A DNA stretch of 64,000 nt from Deltaproteobacteria bacterium (GTDB lineage: Bacteria > Desulfobacterota > Deferrisomatia > Deferrisomatales > BM512): assembly GCA_002869015.1 (NCBI GenBank), contig PKTT01000031.1:95-64094 (forward strand), given 5' to 3'. This document shows positions 20,183 to 29,800 of the stretch, piece by piece (positions within the stretch are counted from its first letter, which is position 1; each line of letters opens with the position of its first letter). The position numbers were made by a program, and so were the translations under genes. The notes below the pieces were generated by a model, which was not told the origin of the DNA, ran no database searches, and worked only from the letters and a program-made list of their open reading frames with translations.

Positions 20183-20491
20183 ATGATTGAGATTACAAAA
20201 ATCGCCGAAGAGAAGCTCTTCGAGGCGATAAAGGACAACGGCGACGCATTGACCGTCCGCCTCTATCAGGCTGGAGTAGGCTGAGGCGGCCCCTCTTGGG
20301 GAATGGCTCTGGATGAGTCAAAAGACACCGACACAACCCTCACGCTGGATAACTTCACCCTAACCGCCGACTCCGAGCTGCTTAAAAGCTCAGGCGGCGT
20401 AAAAGTAGACTACTCAGACGGCCCCTTCAGAAAGGGGTTCATAATAAAGTCACTTACCCAGCAGGAATGCGGCTCCGGCTGTAGCTGCTGA
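20183..20491 (+). CDS. HesB/IscA/ErpA-like A-type Fe-S carrier with an in-frame TGA at codon 34 (20282..20284); probable selenoprotein
   Basis: The ORF track reports only the distal 62 aa (20303..20491). Hand reading from the ATG at 20183 (GGAAGGA Shine-Dalgarno upstream) gives MIEITKIAEEKLFEAIKDNGDALTVRLYQAGVG-TGA-GGPSWGMALDE...QQECGSGCSC in a single frame. VRLYQAGVG[U]GGPSWGMALDE aligns with ErpA LRVYITGGG[C]SGFQYGFTFDE. The C-terminal CGSGC matches the carrier CGCG motif. Confidence 0.7.
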
Positions 20492-20518
20492 TCGAAAAAA
20501 GCAAGCAGTGATAAGAGA

Positions 20519-20545
20519 GGGACGCCTTTGGGCGTCCCTTTTTTA
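20519..20545 (+). terminator. Rho-independent terminator after the HesB-like gene
   Basis: GGGACGCC-TTTG-GGCGTCCC, followed by TTTTTT. Confidence 0.85.
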
Positions 20546-20547
20546 TA

Positions 20548-22860
20548 TTACCTCTTCTTCTTTTGCGCCTCGGCGAAGAGGTCGGCGAAGCTGCCGCTGC
20601 CGCCTCCGCCGATACCCTGCCGCTCGGCTCTCTTAATATCCTTGCGGCTTGCCGTTGGCCTTCGCGCCTCACCTTTTGTGCTCTCTTCGGCAGCATTGTC
20701 AAGCCGCATGGTGAGCGAGATGCGGCCGCGCTCCACGTCAACCTCCACAACCTTCACCTTGACCACGTCTCCCGCCCGTACGACCTCTCGCGGGTCTTTG
20801 ACAAACCTATCAGCAAGCTTGGAGATATGGACAAGCCCATCCTGGTGGACGCCGATATCAACGAACGCGCCGAAGTTGGCGACATTTGATACGGTACCCT
20901 CAAGGATCATCCCCGGCTCAAGGTCCCGTATATCCTCAACCCCCTCACGGAAGGAGGCGGTCTTAAACTCCGGGCGAGGGTCGCGGCCGGGCTTTTCAAG
21001 CTCGGCGATTATATCGGTTACCGTTGGCACCCCGAAGCGCTCATCGGTGTAATCCTTTGGATTCAGCTTCTTCAAAAAGGCGCTGTCTCCGATAAGGGAA
21101 TCCACTCCGCGCCCCGCCTTTACCGCTATTCGCTCCACAACCTCGTAGGACTCAGGGTGCACCGCCGAGGCGTCAAGGGGGTTTTCGCCTCCAACGATCC
21201 TAAGGAAGCCCGCAGCCTGCTCAAAGGTCTTCGGACCCATTCGGGGGACGCTTAAAAGCTCTTCTCTCCTGCCAAAGGCACCGTTGACGTTCCTGTGCTC
21301 GACGATGTACTCGGCGAGGGAGGGGTTAAGGCCGGAAACACGGGCAAGTAGCGGCGCTGAGGCGGTGTTGACCTCTACGCCGACGCCGTTGACGCAGTCC
21401 TCCACCACGCCGTCAAGGGCGCGGGCGAGCTTGAACTGATTCACATCGTGCTGATACTGGCCGACCCCGATCGCCTTTGGTTCAATCTTCACCAGCTCGG
21501 CGAGAGGGTCCTGGAGCCTCCGGGCGATGGAGACCGCGCCGCGAAGGGAGACGTCAAGCTCCGGGAACTCTCTCGCGGCAAGCTCGGAGGCGGAGTAAAC
21601 TGAGGCTCCCGCTTCGCTCACAACGACCTTGACGAGGCCGAGCTCAGGGCGGGCGCGCTGAATCTCCGCCACAAAACGGTCCGTCTCGCGGCTCGCGGTG
21701 CCATTGCCGATGGCGACAAGTTTGGCCCCGTGCGTTTCAGCTAGCCGGATTATAGCTCGCGCCGCGCCCGCTTCATCGTTGCGGGGGGGATGCGGGTAGA
21801 TCGTCTCTGTTTCAAGGAGCTTGCCCGTGCCGTCAACCACCGCCACCTTGACCCCGGTTCTAAGCCCCGGATCAAGGCCGATAACCCCCTTTCTCCCGGC
21901 AGGTGCCGCGAGGAGGAGGTCTTTCAGGTTAGCGCCGAAGACCCTTATCGCTTCAGCCTCGGCGCTCTCCTTGACCCTGGACAGGAGGTCAGTCTGGACC
22001 TTGAGGAGGAGCTTTATCCTCCAAGTCCACTTGACCACTCCGGCAAGCCACTCATCGGCGGGGCGGCCTCGGAGCGCCACCCCGGCTGCTGTGGCTACCA
22101 TACCCTCGCAGGGGTGGAAAACCCCCGGCGCGGGCTCCTCGCCAACCTTCAGCTCGACATAGAGCACCCCCTCCATGAAACCTCTGAACATGGCAAGGGC
22201 GCGGTGGGAGGGCACCGTGGATATCGGCTCCGAGTGGTCGAAATAGTCACGGTACTTGGCCCCCTCACCCTCCTTGCCCTCAATGACACGCGCCGTAAAG
22301 AGGCCCCTCTCCCATGAGTAATCACGAACCCGCCCGACGAGGTCGGCGTCCTCAACGAAGCGCTCCATGAGGATATGCTTGGCGCCGTCAAGGGCAGCCT
22401 TTTCATCAGCCACCCCCGCCTCGGCGTTTATGTACTTGGCTGCCTCCTCATCCGGTGTAAGTTCAGGATTATCGAGGAGCGCATCGGCAAGCGGCTCTAG
22501 CCCCGCCTCGATGGCTATCTGCCCCTTGGTGCGGCGCTTGGGCTTATATGGAAGGTAGAGGTCTTCGAGGCGACTCTTTGTATACGCCTCATCGATTTTA
22601 TCTTTAAGCTCCGCGGTGAGCTTACCCTGCTCCTCCACCGACTTTAGTATCGCGGCGCGGCGCTCTTCAAGCTCCCGAAGGTATGTAAGCCTCGTCTCCA
22701 GGAGCCTCAGCTGACCATCATCAAGGCCGCCGGTAACCTCTTTACGGTAACGCGCTATAAAGGGAACAGTGGCGCCCCCATCTAGGAGGGCGACGGCGAC
22801 ATCGACCTGCTGCGCTGTGGCGGCAAGCTCTTCGGCGAGGCGGCTTGTGATTGATTGCAT
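20548..22860 (-). CDS. tex: Tex-family transcription accessory protein (YqgF/HhH/S1 domains)
   Basis: Contains [17 protein letters not shown] near the N-terminus and a C-terminal S1 domain ([26 protein letters not shown]). I placed the start at the ATG at 22860 ([12 protein letters not shown]). Confidence 0.9.
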   Translation of the reverse strand: MQSITSRLAEELAATAQQVDVAVALLDGGATVPFIARYRKEVTGGLDDGQLRLLETRLTYLRELEERRAAILKSVEEQGKLTAELKDKIDEAYTKSRLEDLYLPYKPKRRTKGQIAIEAGLEPLADALLDNPELTPDEEAAKYINAEAGVADEKAALDGAKHILMERFVEDADLVGRVRDYSWERGLFTARVIEGKEGEGAKYRDYFDHSEPISTVPSHRALAMFRGFMEGVLYVELKVGEEPAPGVFHPCEGMVATAAGVALRGRPADEWLAGVVKWTWRIKLLLKVQTDLLSRVKESAEAEAIRVFGANLKDLLLAAPAGRKGVIGLDPGLRTGVKVAVVDGTGKLLETETIYPHPPRNDEAGAARAIIRLAETHGAKLVAIGNGTASRETDRFVAEIQRARPELGLVKVVVSEAGASVYSASELAAREFPELDVSLRGAVSIARRLQDPLAELVKIEPKAIGVGQYQHDVNQFKLARALDGVVEDCVNGVGVEVNTASAPLLARVSGLNPSLAEYIVEHRNVNGAFGRREELLSVPRMGPKTFEQAAGFLRIVGGENPLDASAVHPESYEVVERIAVKAGRGVDSLIGDSAFLKKLNPKDYTDERFGVPTVTDIIAELEKPGRDPRPEFKTASFREGVEDIRDLEPGMILEGTVSNVANFGAFVDIGVHQDGLVHISKLADRFVKDPREVVRAGDVVKVKVVEVDVERGRISLTMRLDNAAEESTKGEARRPTASRKDIKRAERQGIGGGGSGSFADLFAEAQKKKR

Positions 22861-23043
22861 CTCTTCCCTCTTGCTTTGGTAATCAATAAGAAGCGGAGGT
22901 GCATGATAAGCGCCGGTGGTAATTGTGGCAATCCCTTTGGGGCGATAAGGGAGCCGCTCCTTGTGCAACAGAAATTTACTGTTACTTTTATGGTGTGCCC
23001 GAATTTACGGGCGACATCGGAACCTATAAACGAGGAGCTATCC

Positions 23044-23160
23044 ATGGCGACTGAGACTGGACAGGAATATCTTTGTGAAGTCTGCGGAAATAAGGTGAAG
23101 GTTATTGAGAGCGGCGGCGGAGAGCTTACCTGCTGCGGACAGGCGATGACGCTACAGTAA
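23044..23160 (+). CDS. Desulforedoxin (38 aa, Fe(Cys)4 protein)
   Basis: It is hidden inside a longer 101-aa track ORF. A GAGGAG Shine-Dalgarno precedes ATG and MATETGQEYLCEVCGNKVKVIESGGGELTCCGQAMTLQ. This matches D. gigas desulforedoxin almost position for position ([27 protein letters not shown]). Confidence 0.8.
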   Translation: MATETGQEYLCEVCGNKVKVIESGGGELTCCGQAMTLQ

Positions 23161-23262
23161 AGCTTTGCGTAAAAAGATCGCCATAGCACAAACCCTTTAA
23201 GGGAAGGCATAACTTCTGGTAGAGTCCCCACCAGAAAACAACCCGGATAAAGGGCGCTAAAG

Positions 23263-23514
23263 GTGATCATACCATTTAAAGAATTGAGCGATGAGGCGCT
23301 TAACGGCCTCATAGAGGAGTACGTCACCCGCGAGGGGACCGACTACGGCGGGGTGCACCTTGAGCTCGCGAAGAAGGTTCGATTGGTGCGGGCGCAGCTT
23401 GAGCGTGGCGAAGTCGTGGTGGTTTTCGACACCCTTGAGGGCAGCGCAAACCTGGTCACCGCCTCCTCGTTGAAGGGAATAAGCGACGACGGTTATTTTG
23501 AGGGGGTGAAGTGA
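23263..23514 (+). CDS. yheU: YheU-family (UPF0270) small protein
   Basis: IPFKELSDEALNGLIEEYVTREGTDYG parallels E. coli YheU ([27 protein letters not shown]). GTG start. Confidence 0.8.
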   Translation: MIIPFKELSDEALNGLIEEYVTREGTDYGGVHLELAKKVRLVRAQLERGEVVVVFDTLEGSANLVTASSLKGISDDGYFEGVK

Positions 23515-23518
23515 GGCT

Positions 23519-25441
23519 ATGAACGCGATAGATGTCACCGGCCTCACCAAGAGCTACGGCACAACGACTATCCTCTCCTCGGTATCCTTCGCGGTTGGCG
23601 AGCGTGAGCGGGTCGGGATCGTAGGGCGAAACGGCTGCGGCAAGTCCACCCTTTTTCGTATCCTCGCGGGGCTGGAAGAGGCGGACTCCGGCGAGATAGT
23701 TAAGCGGCGCGGCCTTACAATGGGCTACCTCGACCAGCGCCCGGGCCTCAACCCCGGCCTCACCGTGCGAGAGCTCCTTGGAGAGTATCTTGGCGAGCCC
23801 AGGGAGAAGCTTCGGCGGCATGGTGAGCTCTCGCACCTAGTAGCCAAATCATCCGGCGCAGAGCTGGACAAGCTTTTAAGGGAGCAAGAAGAGGTCCACT
23901 CCTGGCTCGACCACCATAATGCCTGGACCCTCGACCACCGCGTTGAGGAGATATGCGCCCGCTTTAATATTCTAGACCCCGACGCAAAGGTAGGGGACCT
24001 CTCCGGCGGCTGGAACCAGCGCGTCGCCCTCGCGGGGATGCTCCTCGCCGCCCCAGACCTCTTACTCCTTGACGAGCCCACGAACCAGCTTGACGCCGAC
24101 ACCGTAGCCTGGCTTGAGGAGTACCTCCTCGACTACCCAGGCGCGATACTGCTCGTCACCCATGACCGCTACTTTTTGGACCGCGTGGTGAAGCGGATGT
24201 TCGAGCTTGAAGGCGGCGCGCTAACAGCCTACTCAGGCGGCTACTCCTCCTACCTTGAGCAGAAGGCGGAGCGCCTTGCCCTTGAGGGGCGCACCCAAAC
24301 CAGGCTCCTGAACCTCCTCAGACGGGAGGAGGAGTGGTTATCCCGCTCCCCAAAAGCTCGCACGACAAAGCAGAAGGCAAGGATCGGCCGCGCCGAGGAC
24401 CTTAAGGAGAAGACCCAGACAACAAAGCGCAGGGAGCTGGACTTTTCAATAACCACCGAGCGCGAGGCCGGGGGGATGGTCCTGGAGGCGGAGAAGCTGA
24501 CCGCTGGCTACAACGGGGTCCCCCTCATAAAAGATTTCTCCCTGACGCTCAGAAAGGGTGAGCGGATAGGCATCCTCGGCCCCAACGGCTGCGGAAAGTC
24601 AACCCTGATAAAGGCCCTCCTCGGGGATCTCCCCCTCATCTCCGGCGAGGTCCGGCGGGGCAACAAAACCCTCCTCGGCTACATAGACCAAGAGCGCAGC
24701 GGCCTAATCGAGGAGGACTCCGTCGAGGAGAACCTCTCCCCCAACGAGTGGGTGACGATCGGCGGGGCCCGCGGTGACCGAAAGCACAGGAAGGGATACC
24801 TTGAGTCCTTCCTCTTCAGCTACAACGATCAGAAGGCCCCCGTATCGACCCTCTCAGGCGGTGAACGGGCGCGGCTCCTACTGGCGAAGCTCCTCCTTTT
24901 GGGAGCTAACTTAATCGTCCTGGACGAGCCCACCAACGATATTGACATACCAACGCTGCAGGTGCTCGACGAGGCGCTCACCGAGTTCACCGGCAGCGCC
25001 CTCATCGTCACGCACGACCGATATTTTTTAGACAAAGTGGCAACTGGAATCCTTCACATGGAGGGCGACGGGCGCGTAGTCTACTATGAGGGCGGCTACA
25101 CCGCTTTCTCCCGTGCGATGGAGCGAAAGAGGGAGGAGGTGCGCGGAAGCCAGAAGCGTATAGAAAAAGCAATGACCCTAAAAGAAGCGCAGCCACAGCC
25201 TCCCCCTCCCTCCAAAAGAAAGGGCCTCTCCTTCAAGGAGAAACGTGAACTTGAAGGAATCGAAGAGCGAATAGCCGCCCTTGAGGAGCGTCACTTGGCC
25301 CTTGAAAAAAGCCTCGCCGACCCTGCCTCAATCGATGGCGGGCACGAAGCGCTTACAGCCATATCCGGTGAGCTTGCAGAGGTCGCCAAAGAGCTGGAAT
25401 CTCTCATGGAGCGCTGGGAGGAGCTTGAAACGAAGAAGTAG
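23519..25441 (+). CDS. ABC-F family ATPase (Uup-like) with a C-terminal coiled coil
   Basis: Contains two ABC cassettes (GRNGCGKST and GPNGCGKST Walker A motifs; LSGGW/LSGGE signatures), no TM domain, and a charged C-terminal helix. Confidence 0.85.
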   Translation: MNAIDVTGLTKSYGTTTILSSVSFAVGERERVGIVGRNGCGKSTLFRILAGLEEADSGEIVKRRGLTMGYLDQRPGLNPGLTVRELLGEYLGEPREKLRRHGELSHLVAKSSGAELDKLLREQEEVHSWLDHHNAWTLDHRVEEICARFNILDPDAKVGDLSGGWNQRVALAGMLLAAPDLLLLDEPTNQLDADTVAWLEEYLLDYPGAILLVTHDRYFLDRVVKRMFELEGGALTAYSGGYSSYLEQKAERLALEGRTQTRLLNLLRREEEWLSRSPKARTTKQKARIGRAEDLKEKTQTTKRRELDFSITTEREAGGMVLEAEKLTAGYNGVPLIKDFSLTLRKGERIGILGPNGCGKSTLIKALLGDLPLISGEVRRGNKTLLGYIDQERSGLIEEDSVEENLSPNEWVTIGGARGDRKHRKGYLESFLFSYNDQKAPVSTLSGGERARLLLAKLLLLGANLIVLDEPTNDIDIPTLQVLDEALTEFTGSALIVTHDRYFLDKVATGILHMEGDGRVVYYEGGYTAFSRAMERKREEVRGSQKRIEKAMTLKEAQPQPPPPSKRKGLSFKEKRELEGIEERIAALEERHLALEKSLADPASIDGGHEALTAISGELAEVAKELESLMERWEELETKK

Positions 25442-25514
25442 GATTTGCCAAGCCACAGTGTTTTGGGTGTATAATTGATACAAGGTCACATGCAAATTGG
25501 AGAGAGGAGGCGGG

Positions 25515-26288
25515 ATGCTTTCAACGGTTATTGATATGCTGGGAAGCGAGAATCAGGAACGCATTGAGGAGGGTCTGACTACCTTCGGCAAAGCCTCGGG
25601 AGACCTCTACGGAGAGGATCTACAGCAGGGGGTTGAGGCAGTCGTCGGCACCTTCTACATAGACACCATGGACCACCCCGAATTCTCCCCTACATTGGAG
25701 CGCGCGGTAGACCTGCTCGCGGGGCTTGGGGTAAAGATAATACCCATCCTCCTTAAATTGCTGGAGGGGAGCGACATGAAGGCGGATTTTCACATCGCCT
25801 CTGTCCTCGGCAAGATGGGTGGCGTTGCGGTTGACCAGCTTATAGCGGCTTACGCCGAAAACCCACCGGAGGTTGCCCGCATCTTTATCCTTTACACCTT
25901 CGGGAAGATAAAGAGCCCCGAAGCCTTAAAAGCGCTCCCCACTTTACTTGAGGCGACCCTCGACGAGAGCGCCGAGGTGAGAGATACCGCCACGCGAGCC
26001 CTTGGCAAGCTCTGTGAAAACATCGAGCCGGAGAGCTTTGACGCCGCCGCTAAGGGGGCGATCTTCGGCAAATTGATGACCCTTACCACTGACACCTTCG
26101 CCGGTATAAGGAGCAAGGCGTTCAGGAGCCTCGGTAAGATGGCGCGGTGCGGACTCATTGGCGATGGTCAGAGAGCGACACTGGAAAACGCTATCACAGG
26201 GGCGCTCGGCGAGGGAGAGAACAACAACCTTTGGGACAATGCCTATATAGTTCGGATGGAAGCTAAAAAATCCCGCGCTTTCCTATAA
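25515..26288 (+). CDS. HEAT-repeat protein
   Basis: The start was moved to the ATG at 25515, behind a GGAGAGAGGAGG Shine-Dalgarno. Helical repeats recur, for example DESAEVRDTATRALGKL and FAGIRSKAFRSLGKM. Confidence 0.6.
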   Translation: MLSTVIDMLGSENQERIEEGLTTFGKASGDLYGEDLQQGVEAVVGTFYIDTMDHPEFSPTLERAVDLLAGLGVKIIPILLKLLEGSDMKADFHIASVLGKMGGVAVDQLIAAYAENPPEVARIFILYTFGKIKSPEALKALPTLLEATLDESAEVRDTATRALGKLCENIEPESFDAAAKGAIFGKLMTLTTDTFAGIRSKAFRSLGKMARCGLIGDGQRATLENAITGALGEGENNNLWDNAYIVRMEAKKSRAFL

Positions 26289-26312
26289 GTCAATTCTGTA
26301 ATCTGTGATCAA

Positions 26313-26350
26313 AGGGGCCTCGCGGCAAACGCGGGGCCTCTTTTTTTTAT
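26313..26350 (+). terminator. Rho-independent terminator
   Basis: A 12-bp stem (AGGGGCCTCGCG/CGCGGGGCCTCT, including two G-U pairs) with a GCAAA loop, followed by T8. Confidence 0.85.
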
Positions 26351-26511
26351 TTATATATATCAAAAGCGGTTGTTCCAAATCTATCTGCCCTGATTACTTC
26401 GTAAATATATGTCATCAGGAGTTTTTATAAATATTTAATATTGTATGATGTTCAAATCATGTCGTTGCGGGAGGGGCCCGAACGGACAACAACCAAGTAA
26501 GGAGCGACACT

Positions 26512-27534
26512 ATGGACACTGAGTTTCACTACTGGATGACCGGAATCATCGCCAAGGCGGCGGGGTTTGAAGAGTCGGAAGCTAAAACAATCGCCTATGC
26601 CTCAGAGTATGTCGATGAAAACGACAGGTCCATAAAAGTTCTGGACCGTTCAAATGGGGAGGTTTACGAAAACTTCATCAGCCAGACGATGAATATCCTA
26701 AAGCCCAAAAGTGAGTTGATGCGCATCTACCCGATTTTCCACTTTCTTCCCGGCGACCCGCAAGCCGATACAGCCAGAAGAAGAGATGGAAAGATGCATA
26801 TTCTAAACACGACCCCCAACAACGAAAACGCCAATAAACTTATGGATGAAGCGTTTGGGGCGGATGAGGAACTCCGGCTATACAGGATAGGCATAGCCAC
26901 CCATGCCTTCGCCGACACATGGGCGCATCAGAACTTCGTCGGGTGGTATGATTATTTCAACAACATAGGGCTTGATGTAAAACCCGACATTGGACATGCG
27001 GATGGCGAACACCATCCCGACTGGCCCGCCCACAGGTGGGTTGACGAGCGCCTGGTCGATGCCCAGCTGGACAACCGGCACCGTTTCCTCTCAGCCGCTG
27101 AAGCAATCTTCAAGCGTTATTGCGCCTACCAAGCCTCTATCAACCGGGAAGATAAAAGCGCAGAGTGGGAAGCGCTTGAGACAAGGCTTGATGACGCTAT
27201 GGGCAAAGGCTTCACCGGCAGCGAGAATTTCTATAAAGAGGAGCGCATAGAAAAATACAAGGCCCTTCTCGGCGACGGCTGGGAGGATTTCGACGAGATG
27301 GTCTGGTTCGACGAGGCCATAGAAACAGAGGTTCGGGGCCTAAGGGATCCGGGAGATGGATTAACAGCGCTGTTTACCCTGTTTCACGACAAATACTATT
27401 GGAAAGAGGGGCTGGACAAACGCGCTACAGAGTGGTTTCGCTTTCAGACCTCTGTGAAAGCGCACGAAATGAAAGCTGTCGAGATACTGGCGCCAACCTT
27501 CGCCAGAATGGGCATAATGCTGGGCAACGCATAA
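26512..27534 (+). CDS. Uncharacterised His-rich protein (possible metal-dependent hydrolase fold) in a lower-GC islet
   Basis: A 340-aa ORF with an AAGGAG Shine-Dalgarno. His motifs are FHYWMTG, HFLPGD, ATHAFADTWAHQNF and GHADGEHHPDWPAHRW. By eye its composition is clearly more AT-rich than its neighbours. Confidence 0.6.
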   Translation: MDTEFHYWMTGIIAKAAGFEESEAKTIAYASEYVDENDRSIKVLDRSNGEVYENFISQTMNILKPKSELMRIYPIFHFLPGDPQADTARRRDGKMHILNTTPNNENANKLMDEAFGADEELRLYRIGIATHAFADTWAHQNFVGWYDYFNNIGLDVKPDIGHADGEHHPDWPAHRWVDERLVDAQLDNRHRFLSAAEAIFKRYCAYQASINREDKSAEWEALETRLDDAMGKGFTGSENFYKEERIEKYKALLGDGWEDFDEMVWFDEAIETEVRGLRDPGDGLTALFTLFHDKYYWKEGLDKRATEWFRFQTSVKAHEMKAVEILAPTFARMGIMLGNA

Positions 27535-27633
27535 AAGCACTCAAAAATTCAACGTTAGCTGCTATCGGGGATGCGCCGGCCGGACCGGTCGGCGCGACTC
27601 CGGCTTTCAAACCCTGTATACCCCCCTACTGGT

Positions 27634-28092
27634 TCACTTCTTCCTGCACGCCAACATATAGTTGTACCCATGCCGCATTACGAGCGCCCCCTCCTGATTA
27701 GACACCTCGCACCTAACTGTCGCAAAACCATTGCCCGGCCTTGTCTTTGAGCGCCTCATATCCGTCCAGTGCGCATTGACTGTGAGAAGATCGCCCGGCC
27801 GGACAGGATGATAAAGAATGGCTTCCTCTATACCAACGCCAGTCAGGATCACCGCTCCGTCGAGCGCTTCGACGACTACTTTGGTGCAGGCCGACAGGGT
27901 GTGCAGGGAGGAGGCAACCAGCCCCTTGAAGATGGAGGCGTTGGCGGAGTCCTCATTGACATGAAAGGGCTGCGGGTCGAAACGGCGGCCAAACTCAAGT
28001 ATCTCCTCCCGGGTGAACTTTACGGGGGCGCAGTTAAGGACCTCTCCCTCTTTTATATCCTCGAAATATCGCGATTCCATGCGCCGTCTCAC
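27634..28092 (-). CDS. MaoC-like (R)-hydratase / hotdog-fold protein
   Basis: PQPFHVNEDSA...GLVASSLHT matches the MaoC dehydratase motif. The start is either the GTG at 28092 or the ATG at 28080. Confidence 0.8.
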   Translation of the reverse strand: MRRRMESRYFEDIKEGEVLNCAPVKFTREEILEFGRRFDPQPFHVNEDSANASIFKGLVASSLHTLSACTKVVVEALDGAVILTGVGIEEAILYHPVRPGDLLTVNAHWTDMRRSKTRPGNGFATVRCEVSNQEGALVMRHGYNYMLACRKK

Positions 28093-28093
28093 T

Positions 28094-29194
28094 TTAAGAA
28101 AATTTGTCGTAGAAGATTTCCTCTTCCCTGATGCCTCTCTCAGTCATCGCCTCTATGCAGGCGTCTATCATCCCCGGCCCGCCGCAGAGGTACCCCTCCA
28201 TACCCTCCATTGACTCGAAGAGCCGCCCGGCGACGTCGGTGACCAGGCCGACTTCTCCCTCCCACCGCTCCTCTTCACGGGGAGAGGAGAGCGCCGGTAC
28301 GAAGCGGAAGTTTGGAATCGTCTCCTCATAGCCGCGCATCTTATCAAGGTCGTAGAGGTCGTCACCATTTACTGCGCCAAAGATGAGGGTGACATTTTTT
28401 TCGTTCTTGTGAGCCGCCATGTCGGCGAGGATCGCCTCGAAGGGGGCGAGGCCGGAGCCGCCCGCGATGAAGATTGCTTCGGCTGGAGTATCTCGAAGGT
28501 AGAAATCTCCATAGGGGCCGGAGAGGGTTAGCTCATCATCGACCTCAATGAGGTCATGGACAAAGGTAGTCGCAACGCCCCGCTTCACCCTGCGGATGAT
28601 CAGATCGATGGAGCTCTTCTCCTGCGGGGGCGAAGCTATTGAGTAGGCGCGCTGTGTGGGTGCCGGCAGTCCATCGTAGATTGGCGTCTCAAGCTGGACG
28701 TACTGACCCGCCCTGAATGAAAACTCCACCCCCTCTCCAAAGGTAAGGGTTACCCTCATGGTGTCGTGGTTCAGGGGCTCCGCGCCCGTGACGAGCACCT
28801 CATACTCCTCTATATCAAGGAGCTCCGTGGGGACCTCGACGACAAGGTTCTCGCGAACTTTTATCTGGCAGGAGAGGCGCACATTCTCCCCACGCTCCTC
28901 CTCCGTTAGGTGCGGCGCTTCGGTGGCGAGTATCTTCCCGCCGCCCTCGAACACCTTGACCTTACACATTCCGCAGCTGCCCCGCCCGCCGCACGCGGAG
29001 GGCACCAATACTCCCTCATCCTTTAGCGCGCCCAGCAGGGAGCCTCCCCCCTCAATCTCTTTTGGCTCGGCGTCGTTGAGCTTCAGGGTAACCGGCCCCG
29101 CCTTTATAATAAGCTTCTCCACGATGACGATCACCAGCGCCAGCGCGACGCTGATGCCCGTGACGACGAGGAGCGGGGTGAGGGAGAAATCCAT
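28094..29194 (-). CDS. nqrF: NqrF-type reductase subunit (N-terminal TM helix, plant-type 2Fe-2S ferredoxin, FNR-like FAD/NADH module)
   Basis: A TM helix is followed by CGGRGSCGMCKV...RLSCQ (2Fe-2S), RAYSIAS (FAD binding) and GGSGLAPF (NAD binding). Confidence 0.85.
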   Translation of the reverse strand: MDFSLTPLLVVTGISVALALVIVIVEKLIIKAGPVTLKLNDAEPKEIEGGGSLLGALKDEGVLVPSACGGRGSCGMCKVKVFEGGGKILATEAPHLTEEERGENVRLSCQIKVRENLVVEVPTELLDIEEYEVLVTGAEPLNHDTMRVTLTFGEGVEFSFRAGQYVQLETPIYDGLPAPTQRAYSIASPPQEKSSIDLIIRRVKRGVATTFVHDLIEVDDELTLSGPYGDFYLRDTPAEAIFIAGGSGLAPFEAILADMAAHKNEKNVTLIFGAVNGDDLYDLDKMRGYEETIPNFRFVPALSSPREEERWEGEVGLVTDVAGRLFESMEGMEGYLCGGPGMIDACIEAMTERGIREEEIFYDKFS

Positions 29195-29206
29195 ATCGTC
29201 CCTCCC

Positions 29207-29800
29207 CTACACCGGCACCATGCCGGAAAAGCCGATGAAGGCTAGCGCCATTATCCCGGTGATGATCAGAGTTATGCCAGGGCCCTCCAGCGCCGGGTGG
29301 ACCCTGGAGCGCTTCATTTTCTCCCTTAGCCCCGCGAGGGCGATTATGGCAAGAGCCCAGCCCAGCCCGCTCCCAGCGCCGTAGGCCACTGAGGTGACGA
29401 AGCTGTACTGCCTAATAACCATGAAGAGGCTTACGCCGAGGATTGCGCAGTTAACGGCGATTAGCGGCAGGAAGATGCCGAGGAGGTAGTAGAGGCCGGG
29501 GGTGTACTTCTCCATAACCATCTCGACCAGCTGCACCGTCGCCGCGATCACCACGATGAAGGCGATGAAGCGAAGATATTCAAGCCCCAGCGGGAGCAGC
29601 ACAAGGTCGTAGACGAGGTAGTTTAGCGCGGAGGTAATCGTCATCACGAAGACTACCGCCATCCCCAGCCCCGCCGCGGGGCGCACCGACTTGGAGATGC
29701 TGAGGTAGGAGCACATCCCCAAAAAGTTGGTCAGCAGGATGTTATTGATGATTATTGAGGCGATGAAGACGGTAATCGCGCTTGGCTGTCCGTTCATCAA
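29207..29800 (-). CDS. NqrE/RnfA-family membrane subunit
   Basis: Contains FLGMCSYL and GIFLPLIAVNCAILG motifs. It mixes RnfA-like (LEYLRFIAFIVVIA) and NqrE-like (YSF..SV.YG.GSG.GW) features. Confidence 0.9.
   Translation of the reverse strand: MMNGQPSAITVFIASIIINNILLTNFLGMCSYLSISKSVRPAAGLGMAVVFVMTITSALNYLVYDLVLLPLGLEYLRFIAFIVVIAATVQLVEMVMEKYTPGLYYLLGIFLPLIAVNCAILGVSLFMVIRQYSFVTSVAYGAGSGLGWALAIIALAGLREKMKRSRVHPALEGPGITLIITGIMALAFIGFSGMVPV

Noticed and set aside
22782-23327. A 181-aa minus-strand ORF crossing the tex start, the desulforedoxin gene and the yheU start.
   Set aside because: It overlaps three independently supported features and an intergenic promoter region, and it has no recognisable motif. 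I judged it spurious.
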